This document shows positions 18,523 to 28,812 of a stretch of DNA of 64,000 nt, in pieces (position 1 is the stretch's first letter; the number at the start of each line of letters is the position of its first letter). This DNA comes from Chthoniobacteraceae bacterium (lineage in GTDB: Bacteria > Verrucomicrobiota > Verrucomicrobiia > Chthoniobacterales > Chthoniobacteraceae). Both the position numbers and the translations under genes were made by a program. The DNA lies in NCBI GenBank assembly GCA_040081625.1, contig JBEBGD010000015.1, positions 10,449 through 74,448 of the forward strand, given 5' to 3'. The notes under the pieces were generated by a model. It searched no databases, was not told the origin of the DNA, and saw only the letters and a program-made list of their open reading frames with translations.

Positions 18523-20685
18523 CTAGAAGCGCAGCCGCGTGCTGACGATGAAGTTCGTGCCGGCTTCGTTGATGCCGGAGCCGAGGTATCGGTAGTCTTC
18601 GTCGCCGATGTTTTCGAGCGCGGCGGTGACTTGCAGCCAGTCGCGCGGCTCCCAGCCGGCGCGGACGCTGAAGACCTGGTAGCCCTTCGTGCCGCCGGGC
18701 GGGATGCGCTGGGTGTCGGCCATGTCGCCGGGCGAGAGGCGGTCCTGCCGTCGGGCGAACTCTGCGGTGGTCTCGGCGAACCAGCGCTGGTCCGCACTCT
18801 GCCAGCGAAGGCCGATGAGGCCGGTGAGCGGCTGGATCCGCGAGGCCGGGCGCGCGGTGATGTGGCGGCCGACGTAGGTGTCGAGCTCGCCTTCGGTCCA
18901 CGTGAGGTTCCCAAAGAGCGTGAAGCCGGCGCGGAAATTCCACTCGGCGCCGAACTCGACGCCGTGGATGAAGCCGTCGCCGACGTTGGCTTTCTGCACT
19001 TCCACGTCGCCTTCGACGAGGCGGCCGGTCGGGTAACGGATGATCTGGTTGTCGATCAGCGTGTGGAAATACGCGGCGTAGGTTTCGAGCCGGAGCTTCT
19101 CGCAGCGGAGCTTCGTGCCGATCTCGAAGGCGACGAAGTGCTCGGGCGAGAGATTCGGCGCGGGAGTCTCGCGTTCGCCGGAGCGGGCGATGTCGAAGCT
19201 GGTGAGGTCCGCGAGCGTGGGCGCGCGGAATCCCTGGGAGACGCCGCCGAAGAAATTCCAGTCGCGCGCCACGTCGAGCCGGAAGCGCGCGCTGGCGGTG
19301 AGGGCGTCGAAGGTCTTGTCGATGGCGGGATAGGTCGTGGAGTCGAGCGGGTTGTCATCGACGATGCCGCCGCGCGCTTCCGCCCACGAGTATCGGACGC
19401 CGAGCGTGATCTCGAGCGGCTCAACCGGCTTGAAGCGATCCTGCACATAGACGCCGAGTTGGTCGTAGGCGCCCTCGTCGGAGAATGGGCCGCGCGGCTT
19501 GATCGTGCTCAGCGATCCGTCCTCATTCCAGCGGCTGCCCCAGCTCTCGACGTTGTCGTGATAGTATTCGATGCCGTAGCTGAGCGTGCCGATGGGCGAC
19601 GGGCTCTCGAGGTTGAGGACGAAGCCGTATTGATCGTCCTGGAAGCCGTCCACGTCGCGCCGGCGCGTGTCGCGGATGCGGTCCTGCTCCTCGGCCTGGC
19701 GGTGAAAGGAGAAGCTGAAGCGGACCGAGTTCAGCCACGAGGCCACGTCGCGCTGCTCGTATTTGAGGTAGGCCAGTTCGCGCTCCTGGTCGAGGTCGCG
19801 GCGCAGGTCGGTGCCATCGGCGAGGCCGTCGAAGCCCTTGTCGGAATACTTCGTCGAGTGCCAGCGCGGGGCGTTGTTCTGCTCGGTGCGGTAGAAGGCG
19901 GCGGTGAGGTCCGTGTCCTTGTCGATCCGATACACGACCTTGAGGTCGCCATCGACTTCACCGTAGCCGCTCTTGCTCTGCGTGCCGACGAGGTCGCCGC
20001 CGTGGAGGTCGTCGAAGTCCTTCCGCGTGATCCCGCCGAGCACGCCAAGCTGCGGGCCGAGCGCGAATCCGAACTCGCCGCGCGCGATGTGCGAATTCTC
20101 CGCGGTCGAGTAGCGATAGTGGGCGCCGCCGTGCATGGCGAATCGCTCCGGCAGCGCGACGGATTTCGCGTCCTTGCCCATCGGCGTCTCAGGCCACGGG
20201 AGCATCTGCGGATCGCGGGTCATGAGGTTCACTGCGCCGCCGATCGCATCGCTGCCGTAGAGCACGGACGACGGGCCTTTGACGATCTCGATCCGGTCGA
20301 TCGTGAACGCATCGACCGTCGCGAAGTATTGATTCGGCCCCTCGCGGAAGGTCGCGTTGTTCAGCCGGATGCCGTCGATGAGCGTGAGCGTGCGGTAGCC
20401 GGTGAAGCCGCGCAGAAATGGCGACGCCTGCGCGTAACCCGTGCGCTGCACGAGGACGCCCGGCGTCTCGCTGAGCGCATCGACGAGCGTGCGCACCGAG
20501 CGCTCGTCGAGGAAGCGCTTCGAGCTGACGACGTGCGCCGTGTAGGGCGTCTCGAAGACGGTCTCCTCGGTCTGCGTGGCGGTGACGATGACGGGCGCGA
20601 GCGTCACCAATGGCGGTGCGTCCTGAGCCTGTGCGGCGACGAAAAGGAATGCGGCGAGTGAACGGTGCAGGGCTCGGGCGGGCAT
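18523..20685 (-). CDS. TonB-dependent receptor (hemin/siderophore-like)
   Basis: Signal peptide, VIVTAT TonB box, plug RIEIVKGPSSVLYGSDAIGG, GFRAP, ENIGD.DY, C-terminal Phe. Confidence 0.92.
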   Translation of the reverse strand: MPARALHRSLAAFLFVAAQAQDAPPLVTLAPVIVTATQTEETVFETPYTAHVVSSKRFLDERSVRTLVDALSETPGVLVQRTGYAQASPFLRGFTGYRTLTLIDGIRLNNATFREGPNQYFATVDAFTIDRIEIVKGPSSVLYGSDAIGGAVNLMTRDPQMLPWPETPMGKDAKSVALPERFAMHGGAHYRYSTAENSHIARGEFGFALGPQLGVLGGITRKDFDDLHGGDLVGTQSKSGYGEVDGDLKVVYRIDKDTDLTAAFYRTEQNNAPRWHSTKYSDKGFDGLADGTDLRRDLDQERELAYLKYEQRDVASWLNSVRFSFSFHRQAEEQDRIRDTRRRDVDGFQDDQYGFVLNLESPSPIGTLSYGIEYYHDNVESWGSRWNEDGSLSTIKPRGPFSDEGAYDQLGVYVQDRFKPVEPLEITLGVRYSWAEARGGIVDDNPLDSTTYPAIDKTFDALTASARFRLDVARDWNFFGGVSQGFRAPTLADLTSFDIARSGERETPAPNLSPEHFVAFEIGTKLRCEKLRLETYAAYFHTLIDNQIIRYPTGRLVEGDVEVQKANVGDGFIHGVEFGAEWNFRAGFTLFGNLTWTEGELDTYVGRHITARPASRIQPLTGLIGLRWQSADQRWFAETTAEFARRQDRLSPGDMADTQRIPPGGTKGYQVFSVRAGWEPRDWLQVTAALENIGDEDYRYLGSGINEAGTNFIVSTRLRF

Positions 20686-20733
20686 TGCGGGGAGAACGCT
20701 CCTGCCGCGGGATTCCTTAGACGCGCCGGCGCG

Positions 20734-22134
20734 TCAGTAGGTCTTCCGCATGTTGCTCGGCAGGATGCCGAGCTCGCTGCGGTATTTCGCGACGGTGCGC
20801 CGCGCGATCGGGATGCCCTTTGTCTTCAGCATCTCGACGATCTCCTTGTCGCTGAGCGGACTCTTCGCGTTCTCATCCTTCACCATCTCGGCGATGATGC
20901 CTTTCACGCTCGTGTTGCTCATCGATTCGCCGGCAGCGGTCTGGTAGCCGGGCGTGAAGAAATACTTCATCTCGAATACGCCGTGCGGCGTGGACATGTA
21001 TTTGCCCGAGATGGCGCGGCTCACGGTCGTCTCGTGCACGCCGACCTCGTCGGCGATCTGCACCATCGTCATCGGCTTGAGCGCGCTCGGGCCGTATTCG
21101 AGAAATTCCTTCTGCCGATTGACGATGCGATGCGAGATGTTCGAGATCGTCTGCTGGCGCTGGTGGATCGACTTGATGAGGAATTTTCCGCTACGGATTT
21201 TGTCGCGGATGTATTCGCGCACCTCCTCCTTGCTCCGCGCGCTCGCCATCAGGTCCTTGTAAGTATTGCTGATTCGCAGGTGCGGGATCTGGTCGCCATT
21301 GAGGCTGATCAACCATTCGCCGCCGATCTTTTCGACCGTCACGTCCGGGAGCACGTAGTTATTCGGGTCGGCGGTGAAAATTTGACCCGGCTTCGGGTCG
21401 AGCGTGCCGATGAAATTCGCGCTGCGCTGCACCTGCTCGGCCGTCGTGTTGAGCCGGCGCGCGATCTCGGGGAAACGCCGCTTGCCGAGGTCGTCGAGGA
21501 AACGATCGACGATGCGGTATTCGATCGACTGCTCCTTGCCGAGCCGCTTGAGCTGGATGAGCAGGCACTCACGCAAGTCGCGCGAGCCGACGCCGACCGG
21601 ATGAAAAGTCTGCACGAACTCGAGCACGCGCGTGATGTCCACCACTTCCATTCCCGTGTTGTTCGCGATGTCCTCGGGCGTGTTCTGGAGAAAGCCGTGG
21701 TCGTCGATGCTGCCGATGATCAACTCGGCGATCTGCCGGTCCGCCGCATCCAGGTCGCAGCTCTGCACCTGTTCGAGCAAGTGCTGCTGGAGCGTCTCCT
21801 CCTTGACCAGTGAGTCGAAGAAAAACTGCCGGCGCTCCTCGTCCTCGGCCGAGCGCTGCGAGTAGCCCACGCTCTGCGCCATGTAATCGCGCCATTCCTC
21901 ATCGAGCTTCGCGAGCCGGTCGAACTCCTCGTCGAACTCCTCCGCCTCGCGCTGCTTGTCTTCGATCGTCGGCTCCGTCTGCTCGATCTCGAGCGTCGGA
22001 TTCGCCTCGATCTCCTGCTGGATGAGGTTGCGCAACTCGAGCATCGGCACCTGAAGAATCTGCAGGCTCTGCTGGAGCTGCGGTGCGAGGACTTGGGATT
22101 GGGAAAGGTGCTGTGTCTGTGAAAGACCGGCCAT
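20734..22134 (-). CDS. rpoN: RNA polymerase sigma-54 factor
   Basis: Gln/Leu-rich region I, VHETTVSRAI and RpoN box ARRTVAKYR. Confidence 0.97.
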   Translation of the reverse strand: MAGLSQTQHLSQSQVLAPQLQQSLQILQVPMLELRNLIQQEIEANPTLEIEQTEPTIEDKQREAEEFDEEFDRLAKLDEEWRDYMAQSVGYSQRSAEDEERRQFFFDSLVKEETLQQHLLEQVQSCDLDAADRQIAELIIGSIDDHGFLQNTPEDIANNTGMEVVDITRVLEFVQTFHPVGVGSRDLRECLLIQLKRLGKEQSIEYRIVDRFLDDLGKRRFPEIARRLNTTAEQVQRSANFIGTLDPKPGQIFTADPNNYVLPDVTVEKIGGEWLISLNGDQIPHLRISNTYKDLMASARSKEEVREYIRDKIRSGKFLIKSIHQRQQTISNISHRIVNRQKEFLEYGPSALKPMTMVQIADEVGVHETTVSRAISGKYMSTPHGVFEMKYFFTPGYQTAAGESMSNTSVKGIIAEMVKDENAKSPLSDKEIVEMLKTKGIPIARRTVAKYRSELGILPSNMRKTY

Positions 22135-22246
22135 GGCGATGCGCATAGTAACCGCGCGGTTCGCCCCGGCAAGCAGCATTCCTGCCAGCGCCCGTTTCAA
22201 ATTTACCACCGCACTGCGGCACCGTTCCGGCTTTACCCTCGCGTCC

Positions 22247-22501
22247 ATGAAGCCCAAACGTCTCGCAATCACCCTCCTCGGCTGTGCCGTGCTCGCCGGA
22301 GCACTGCTGCTCCCCGGCGAATCCTCCGGACAGGCCGGCACCGACGAGACTCAAGTCCAGCAGGTCCTTGCGGAGCTCACCGCCCAGCAGACCCTCGTCG
22401 CGGAAAACCAGGCGAAGATCGACGAAAAAGTCGCCCTCATCGCCGAGGAAGTCCGCGTCGCCCGCATCTTCGTCGGCCGTGCCGGCGGCAAAGCCAAATA
22501 A
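22247..22501 (+). CDS. Small secreted coiled-coil protein
   Basis: MKPKRLAITLLG signal; heptad LAELTAQQTLVAENQAKIDEKV. Confidence 0.7.
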   Translation: MKPKRLAITLLGCAVLAGALLLPGESSGQAGTDETQVQQVLAELTAQQTLVAENQAKIDEKVALIAEEVRVARIFVGRAGGKAK

Positions 22502-22504
22502 CCC

Positions 22505-22729
22505 ATGTGCCGCTCATCCTTGCTCGTCCTTCTCCTCGTCCTCCCGCTCGCTTTCGGCGCGCGCGTCCACAGTCAGACCGTCACCGGCGCCAAAAGCACG
22601 CTCCAGCAGCTCCAGGCCATGAAGGCTGCAAATCTGGCTCTGATCGAGAAACAGACCGCCGTCCTGCTCAAGCTCGAGGAACTCCAAAAGGAAGCCGCGC
22701 AGATCAAATTCCTCGCCAAGCGCGGGTAG
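22505..22729 (+). CDS. Small secreted coiled-coil protein, probable paralog of upstream gene
   Basis: Signal peptide; LQQLQAMKAANLALIEKQ...QIKFLAKRG. Confidence 0.7.
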   Translation: MCRSSLLVLLLVLPLAFGARVHSQTVTGAKSTLQQLQAMKAANLALIEKQTAVLLKLEELQKEAAQIKFLAKRG

Positions 22730-22739
22730 CGGCCTGCGC

Positions 22740-23225
22740 TCAGCCCGCGTCCTCCCATTTATCCGCGATCTGGAAAAGCCCGCGCAGCCGCTGCGCGTGC
22801 CGGTGGTCGGAAACGTAAGCCTCGTCCTCGACCCACTTCGCGTGGCCCTGGATGCCGAAGGCTTCCTCGATCTCGCGCCGCGGGATGTGCATCGTGCGCG
22901 CGATCTCGCCTCCGTGCTGGACGATGAAATGTTTGCGATCCGCGCCGCGACGAACCTCGCCGCGCGGGAACGCGTCGTAATCCGCGACCAGCAAACCGAG
23001 CTTGTCGTTGATCGCGGAGTAGTGCGTTTTGAATGCGGCGGGACCGTCCTGCGCGAGGCGCGCCAGCCAGATGCTCATGAACGGTTCGAGCACCTGCACC
23101 CAGCAGTCCGGCAGCCCGATCGGCCCGTATTCATCGTGTCGAAACGTGCAGAGCTGCCAGCCGCCGGGCAGGCGGACGACATAGAAGACACCTTCGGAGG
23201 GTTCAACCGGCGGATGGTCGGTCAC
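22740..23225 (-). CDS. Hypothetical protein (YDAFPRGEV motif)
   Basis: GTG-started 161-aa globular-looking frame filling the gap between + strand genes. Confidence 0.55.
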   Translation of the reverse strand: MTDHPPVEPSEGVFYVVRLPGGWQLCTFRHDEYGPIGLPDCWVQVLEPFMSIWLARLAQDGPAAFKTHYSAINDKLGLLVADYDAFPRGEVRRGADRKHFIVQHGGEIARTMHIPRREIEEAFGIQGHAKWVEDEAYVSDHRHAQRLRGLFQIADKWEDAG

Positions 23226-23354
23226 GGCGGGGAAAGGGGCGTAGATTGCAAAGTCGCGCGCGACCTTGCAAGCGCACGGAAAGGCAGGGTCGCCGCGAAA
23301 AGACTCGCCCTTGCGCCGCACCCGCGCGAGTTTCGCCGCTCGCAAAATACATCG

Positions 23355-24824
23355 ATGGAAGAAACCGCACCCGTGGATCAACTCGCACCCGCAGAGCCGG
23401 CGCCCGCCGCGCCCGCGCCAGAAATCGCGCCCGACCCGGCCGCGCTCGCCGAACTCGCCGAGCGCGCCTCCGTGCAGCGCCTGCCTCCCCCCGATGAGGA
23501 AAGAGCCGCGCAACTTCTCCGGGCCGCGCTTCTCGCCGGCACCGATGATTCGGCGGCGCTCGTTGCGTTGCTGATCCGGCTCGGCTGGTCCGCGACCGTC
23601 AAAGGCGTCGTCGCCGCGTGGCCGGACCTGAAGGCCACCGCGAAGACCGCCTTGCTCAAGAGCCTCACCATCGACGAGACCGAAGCGGGCCGGCGCATCC
23701 GGCTCAGCCTCGCCCGCGGCATGTTCAAAGTGCCGGACATCGCCGCCAGCACGCGGTTGATCGTCGGCGTGTGCAAGGACATCCGCGACAAGACCACCGG
23801 CGAGATCCCGATGCGCGACGCGCAGAATTTCGCCAGCGTCCTCATCGGAAAAGGCAAGCCGTGGATCGCGCTGATCCCGCTCGCCGACCTCAAGCCCGCC
23901 GACGCGGAGTTGCTCGTCCATTGCGCCGTCATCGCGGCATTCACCGTCGGCGGTCCCCCGGTCACGCCACTCGGAGTGCTGAAATGGGCCGCTGACGCCG
24001 GCAGGCTCGCCGAACTCGACCCGGTCGCCGTCGCCAGCGTCGCAAAAGCCGTCGCGCGATGGAGCCCGAAATGGGCGGAGTCCCTGCGCAACGAAGTGCC
24101 CACCGCGCCCGAGCCCATCCTCGCCGCGCTCAAGTCCGCCGAGCCCGACGCCCCGAAGGGCGCGCCGGACGAGACCGACGACGAAGATCTGCCGGACGAG
24201 CAAAATGAAACCCCCTCCGACGATGGCGACGAGTCCCGGCCCAAGGATCGCCCGGTCTATGTTTCAAAAACCATTCAGCCGAGCGAAGGCCGCGGCTCAC
24301 AACAGCGCGAGCCTCGCGAGCCCCGCGGCGCACAGGCGAAGTCCGCGCAATTCAACGCCGGCGACGCGCTGCGCCAGCTCGATGCACACATCGTCTGGCT
24401 GAAAAATGAACTCAACGCCGCCGACCGCAAAGCGCGCACCCGCGACGATGATCGCCGGCAGGAACGCAAGAAACCCGACGTGCCGATCATCGCCGGCGAG
24501 CCGACCCCGGAAGAACTCGCGCGCCTCAACGTGCAGCTCGAAGCCCGAATCGCCGAGCTGACCGTGCGCATCGACGATCTCACTGGCGACGCCGAAGCCC
24601 GCGCGACCAGCGCCGGCATCTTCAGCGGCGAACAACCTCCGCCCGACACCCAGCTCCGCACGCTGCTCGCGCTCAAGCTCACCGAGTGCTACGCGGACTT
24701 CGCCGCGCTCGAGCAGGAAGACCGCGACCTCGTCATCCCGCAGCACTACCGCACCGTGCTCGCGGAAGTCTTCGAGGTGCTCAAGGCCGAGGGCGTCCCT
24801 CTCGCGCCGCCGCCCGCGAGTTGA
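23355..24824 (+). CDS. Hypothetical protein: helical N-domain, acidic linker, C-terminal coiled coil
   Basis: 489-aa ORF with host-like codon usage. Confidence 0.7.
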   Translation: MEETAPVDQLAPAEPAPAAPAPEIAPDPAALAELAERASVQRLPPPDEERAAQLLRAALLAGTDDSAALVALLIRLGWSATVKGVVAAWPDLKATAKTALLKSLTIDETEAGRRIRLSLARGMFKVPDIAASTRLIVGVCKDIRDKTTGEIPMRDAQNFASVLIGKGKPWIALIPLADLKPADAELLVHCAVIAAFTVGGPPVTPLGVLKWAADAGRLAELDPVAVASVAKAVARWSPKWAESLRNEVPTAPEPILAALKSAEPDAPKGAPDETDDEDLPDEQNETPSDDGDESRPKDRPVYVSKTIQPSEGRGSQQREPREPRGAQAKSAQFNAGDALRQLDAHIVWLKNELNAADRKARTRDDDRRQERKKPDVPIIAGEPTPEELARLNVQLEARIAELTVRIDDLTGDAEARATSAGIFSGEQPPPDTQLRTLLALKLTECYADFAALEQEDRDLVIPQHYRTVLAEVFEVLKAEGVPLAPPPAS

Positions 24825-24825
24825 G

Positions 24826-26592
24826 CTACAGCCGCGAGATCAGCAGCTCGCGCTGGAAGATCAGCTCCTTCGGCAGGCGGTCGTGGAGCTGGAGGAAAAG
24901 CTCGGTCTGGCTGAGCAGCTCGCGGTTCCACTCGGCGGCGTCGATCTTCACGCACTGGTCGAACTTTTCCCGCGGGTAGTCGAGCCCGGTCCAGTCGAAC
25001 TCCTCGTAGCGCGGCATCCAGCCGATCGGCGTCTCGTGCGCCTTGCCGCGGCCGTGGCAGCGGTCGGTGATCCATTTGAGCACGCGGAAGTTTTCGCCGA
25101 AGCCGGGCCAGAGGAACTTGTCGTCGCCGTCCTTGCGGAACCAGTTCACGTGGAAGATGCGCGGCGGGTCGTCGATCTCGCGGCGGATGCCGAGCCAGTG
25201 GTTGAAGTAGTCGCCCATGTGGTAGCCGCAGAAGGGCAGCATCGCCATCGGGTCGCGCCGCACCTGGCCGATGGTGCCGGCGGCGGCGGCGGTCATCTCG
25301 CTGCCCATCGTCGCGCCGAGATAGACGCCGTGGGTCCAGTTGAAGGACTGGAAGATGAGCGGCATCGTCGTCGCGCGGCGGCCTCCGAAGATGATCGCGC
25401 TGATCGGCACGCCGTGCGGGTCCTCGGCTTCCGACGCGAGCACGGGATTGTTGCGCATCGGCGCGGTGAAGCGGCTGTTCGGGTGCGCGGCGGCGCTGCC
25501 GGAGTCGGGCGACCACGGGTTGCCCTTCCAATCGAGCAGCCCGGCGGGCGGCGGATCGTCGTGGCCTTCCCACCACACGGTGCCGTCGGGCGCGAGCGCG
25601 ACGTTCGTGTAGATCGTGTCGCGGGCGATCGACGCCATCGCGTTCGGGTTGGATTTGCGGTTCGTCCCCGGCGCGACGCCGAAGTAACCGGCCTCGGGAT
25701 TGATCGCGTAGAGCCGGCCATCGGGCCCCGGCTTCATCCATGCGATGTCGTCGCCGATGGTCGTGACCTTCCAGCCGGCGAAGGCTTTCGGCGGGATGAG
25801 CATCGCGAAGTTCGTCTTGCCGCATGCGCTCGGGAAGGCCGCGGCGACGTAAGTCTTTTCGCCATCGGGCGACTCGACGCAGAGGATCAACATGTGCTCG
25901 GCCATCCAGCCCTGCTGCCGCCCGAGGTAACTGCCGATGCGCAGCGCGAGGCATTTTTTCCCGAGCAGCACATTGCCGCCGTAGCCGGAGCCGACGGAGA
26001 TGATCGTGTTGTCCTGCGGAAAGTGGCAGATGAAGCGGCGCTCGGGATTGCAGTCGAGCGTGCTGTGGACGCCGCGGTTGAAGTCGTCGCTGTCGCCGAG
26101 GTGATCGAGCGCGATGCGGCCCATGCGCGACATGATGCGCATATTCAGCACGACGTAAATCGAGTCGGTGATCTCGATGCCGACCTTGCTCATCGGCGAG
26201 CCGGGCGGGCCCATGAGATAAGGCACGACATACATCGTGCGGCCCTTCATCGCGCCCGCGAGCAGGCCGCTGAGCTTGTCATACATCTCGCGCGGCGGCG
26301 CCCAGTTGTTGTTCGGACCGGCGCCGGCTTTGGTGAGCGCGCAGATGAAGGTGCATTGCTCGACGCGGGCGACGTCGTTCGGGTTCGAGCGGTGGAAGTA
26401 GCAGCCGGGGAGCTTTTCCTGGTTCAGCGCGGTGAGCACGCCGGTGAGCACGGCCTCGCCGAGCAGGTATTCCTTCTCAGCCTCGGAGCCATCGACCCAG
26501 AACACGCGGTCCGGCTGGCAGTGAAGACGGTAGGTTTCGACCCAATCGACGAGCGCCTTGTTGGTCGGAGCGGTGGTGCCGTAGGTTGCCAT
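24826..26592 (-). CDS. pckG: Phosphoenolpyruvate carboxykinase (GTP)
   Basis: [42 protein letters not shown] and [13 protein letters not shown] motifs. Confidence 0.97.
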   Translation of the reverse strand: MATYGTTAPTNKALVDWVETYRLHCQPDRVFWVDGSEAEKEYLLGEAVLTGVLTALNQEKLPGCYFHRSNPNDVARVEQCTFICALTKAGAGPNNNWAPPREMYDKLSGLLAGAMKGRTMYVVPYLMGPPGSPMSKVGIEITDSIYVVLNMRIMSRMGRIALDHLGDSDDFNRGVHSTLDCNPERRFICHFPQDNTIISVGSGYGGNVLLGKKCLALRIGSYLGRQQGWMAEHMLILCVESPDGEKTYVAAAFPSACGKTNFAMLIPPKAFAGWKVTTIGDDIAWMKPGPDGRLYAINPEAGYFGVAPGTNRKSNPNAMASIARDTIYTNVALAPDGTVWWEGHDDPPPAGLLDWKGNPWSPDSGSAAAHPNSRFTAPMRNNPVLASEAEDPHGVPISAIIFGGRRATTMPLIFQSFNWTHGVYLGATMGSEMTAAAAGTIGQVRRDPMAMLPFCGYHMGDYFNHWLGIRREIDDPPRIFHVNWFRKDGDDKFLWPGFGENFRVLKWITDRCHGRGKAHETPIGWMPRYEEFDWTGLDYPREKFDQCVKIDAAEWNRELLSQTELFLQLHDRLPKELIFQRELLISRL

Positions 26593-26708
26593 AAGGCGGG
26601 GAGTTTAGAGGCGGCGTGGCGAGTGACAAGAGGCGGAGATTGTCGGGACGTGCCCATCGCCTGCGCGATTGCCGCGCGCGAAGAACGCGCTTACCAATGC
26701 TCACACGC

Positions 26709-27548
26709 ATGAGCTACGGGCAAAGCTTTCACGACACCCAACCGATCACCTGGTGGAATCGGGTGCCCGTTTATCTCACCGGCGTGCTCACTGCCGCGCT
26801 CGCTTTCGGCGTGATCGTGTGCGCGATCCTCGGCATCGGAAATTATCCCGCGCCGTTCGCGTTCAGCACTGCGGCATTCATGGATGGCCGGATCTGGACG
26901 CCGCTCACCTACGCGTTCGCGGATCGCATGAGCTTCTTCACGCCGCTCGGGTTGATGTGCTTTTACGTCTGGGGCGTGGAGATCGAGAAGCACATCGGTC
27001 GGCAGCGCTTCAGCACGCTGTTCGTGCTGCTACTCGCAGCGCAGCCGCTCGTCTGCGTGCTGTGGTCCGCGCTCGGCGTGCCGGCGACGCAGTTCGGCAA
27101 CTACGAGATCATGGCCGCGATGCTCATCGGCTTCGCTGTGCTCTATCCGAACGTCGAATACCTCTTCGGCTGGGTGCCGCTGAAATGGTTCGCCTTCGTG
27201 TGCTTCATCGCCGGCTCGCTCATGTTGCTCGGCCAGCGTGACTGGATCCGCCTCTCGTTCCTTTGGGTCGAGTGCGGCGTCGCCTTCGGCTACATCCGCT
27301 GGGTGCAGCACGGCGGTGAGTTCCGGCTGCCGAGTGTGAGTCTTCCGCTCGGCGGCAGGCGCCCGAAGTTGCGCGTGCTCCCCGACCCGGCCGCCGCCGA
27401 TGAGGAAGAGGACGCGCCGATGGCGGAAGTCGATGCGCTGCTCGACAAGATCGCGAAGTCCGGCATCGGCAGCCTGTCCCCAGGCGAGCGCGCGCGGCTC
27501 GAGAAGGCGCGCGAGGAATTGATGAAGCGCGAGAGCCCGCGGCGATGA
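26709..27548 (+). CDS. Rhomboid-like membrane protein with C-terminal VDALLDKI (DUF6576-like) domain; catalytic GxS/H not evident
   Basis: WTPLTYAF, G.EIEK.IG, FAVLYPN, and EVDALLDKIAKSGIGSLSPGERARL. Confidence 0.75.
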   Translation: MSYGQSFHDTQPITWWNRVPVYLTGVLTAALAFGVIVCAILGIGNYPAPFAFSTAAFMDGRIWTPLTYAFADRMSFFTPLGLMCFYVWGVEIEKHIGRQRFSTLFVLLLAAQPLVCVLWSALGVPATQFGNYEIMAAMLIGFAVLYPNVEYLFGWVPLKWFAFVCFIAGSLMLLGQRDWIRLSFLWVECGVAFGYIRWVQHGGEFRLPSVSLPLGGRRPKLRVLPDPAAADEEEDAPMAEVDALLDKIAKSGIGSLSPGERARLEKAREELMKRESPRR

Positions 27549-28246
27549 GCGATTCGCAGCCCGTGCCCGAGCCGCCGAAGCCGAACCGCTTCGACCCGAC
27601 CTACGTCAACGCGATGTCGCATTTCTATCGCGGCGAGCTGGGCCGGATCATGATCTGGCGCCAGCGGCTCGACGTGACGACTTCGTGGGCGATCACGCTC
27701 AGCTCCGCGGTGTTCGGCTTCGCCTTCGCGAACCGCGAAGTTCCGCACATCATCTTCTTCTTCAACCTCGCCGTCGTCTGGGGACTGCTCTGGATCGAGG
27801 CCAGGCGCTATCGTTTCTACGACGCGTTCCGCGCCCGCGTGCGGATGCTCGAGGCGCACTTCCTCGTGCCCATCGTCTCGCAAAACACCGCGATGCTCCA
27901 GGGCGAGTGGCAGAAGCTCGTCTGCGCCGACCTCGTCCTGCCGTCGTTCAAGATCGGGCGATTCGAGGCGATCGGCCGCCGGCTGCGGCGCAACTACGCT
28001 TTCATTTTCGTCATCATCCTCGTCGCGTGGACGACGAAGATCTTCCTGCACGCCGACCCGAAGATCGACTCATGGCGCACCTTCTATCGCGCGCTCCACG
28101 TCGGCGCATCGATCCCGAGCTGGCTGGTCGCCGCGCTCTTCCTCGGCACGATCATCAGCGTCGTGGCGATCGTGATTTACGTGGGGCGGAAATTCTCCGG
28201 CGAGATCAGCGAGTTCGGCACGCACCGCTCGCTCTGGCGGCTGTGA
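27545..28246 (+). CDS. DUF2270 integral membrane protein
   Basis: HFYRGELGR..WRQRLDVTTSWAI, IEARRYRFYD..RARVR and RRLRRNY motifs. Confidence 0.85.
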   Translation: MSDSQPVPEPPKPNRFDPTYVNAMSHFYRGELGRIMIWRQRLDVTTSWAITLSSAVFGFAFANREVPHIIFFFNLAVVWGLLWIEARRYRFYDAFRARVRMLEAHFLVPIVSQNTAMLQGEWQKLVCADLVLPSFKIGRFEAIGRRLRRNYAFIFVIILVAWTTKIFLHADPKIDSWRTFYRALHVGASIPSWLVAALFLGTIISVVAIVIYVGRKFSGEISEFGTHRSLWRL

Positions 28247-28252
28247 ATTCAA

Positions 28253-28798
28253 TCAAGCGCTCGGGATCATCCCGCTCTGGCGCGCGTAATTAAAGACGCC
28301 GCCGGCATCGATCACCGGGCGCGCGGCGCCGAGCGGCTTGAGCGAATACGTCGTGCCGCCGACGGTCAGCGTGTCCGCGTCGAAGTCGAGCGTCGCCACG
28401 TCGCCGGTCTTGATCTTGTCGCAGAGCCGTTCGTTGGCGTCGTATGGGTAGAGTTCGCCGGTGGCGACGCAGTTGCGGAAGAAAATGCGCGCGTAGCTCT
28501 CGGCGATGACCGCCTTCACCCCCGCAGCGCCGAGTGCGATCGGCGCGTGTTCGCGCGAGCTGCCGCAGCCGTAGTTGCGGCCCGCGATCACGATCTGAAA
28601 CGTGGTCTTCGTCTGCCCCTCGGGCACGAAGCGCACCGGGTAGAGGCTGTCGGGCAGGCCGATCATCGCGTAGCTGCCGAGCTTCGCGTATTCCTCGGCG
28701 ATGGTCGGCACGAGCGTGAGGTATTGCGCGGGGATGATCTGGTCGGTGTCGATGTTGTCCTGAACGACATAGACCGGGCTGGTGATGGTGTTGGGCAT
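28253..28798 (-). CDS. leuD: 3-isopropylmalate dehydratase small subunit
   Basis: DNIDTDQIIPA, NYGCGSSREHA and AESYARIFFRN motifs. Confidence 0.92.
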   Translation of the reverse strand: MPNTITSPVYVVQDNIDTDQIIPAQYLTLVPTIAEEYAKLGSYAMIGLPDSLYPVRFVPEGQTKTTFQIVIAGRNYGCGSSREHAPIALGAAGVKAVIAESYARIFFRNCVATGELYPYDANERLCDKIKTGDVATLDFDADTLTVGGTTYSLKPLGAARPVIDAGGVFNYARQSGMIPSA

Positions 28799-28812
28799 GA
28801 TGGGTGGCTTCG

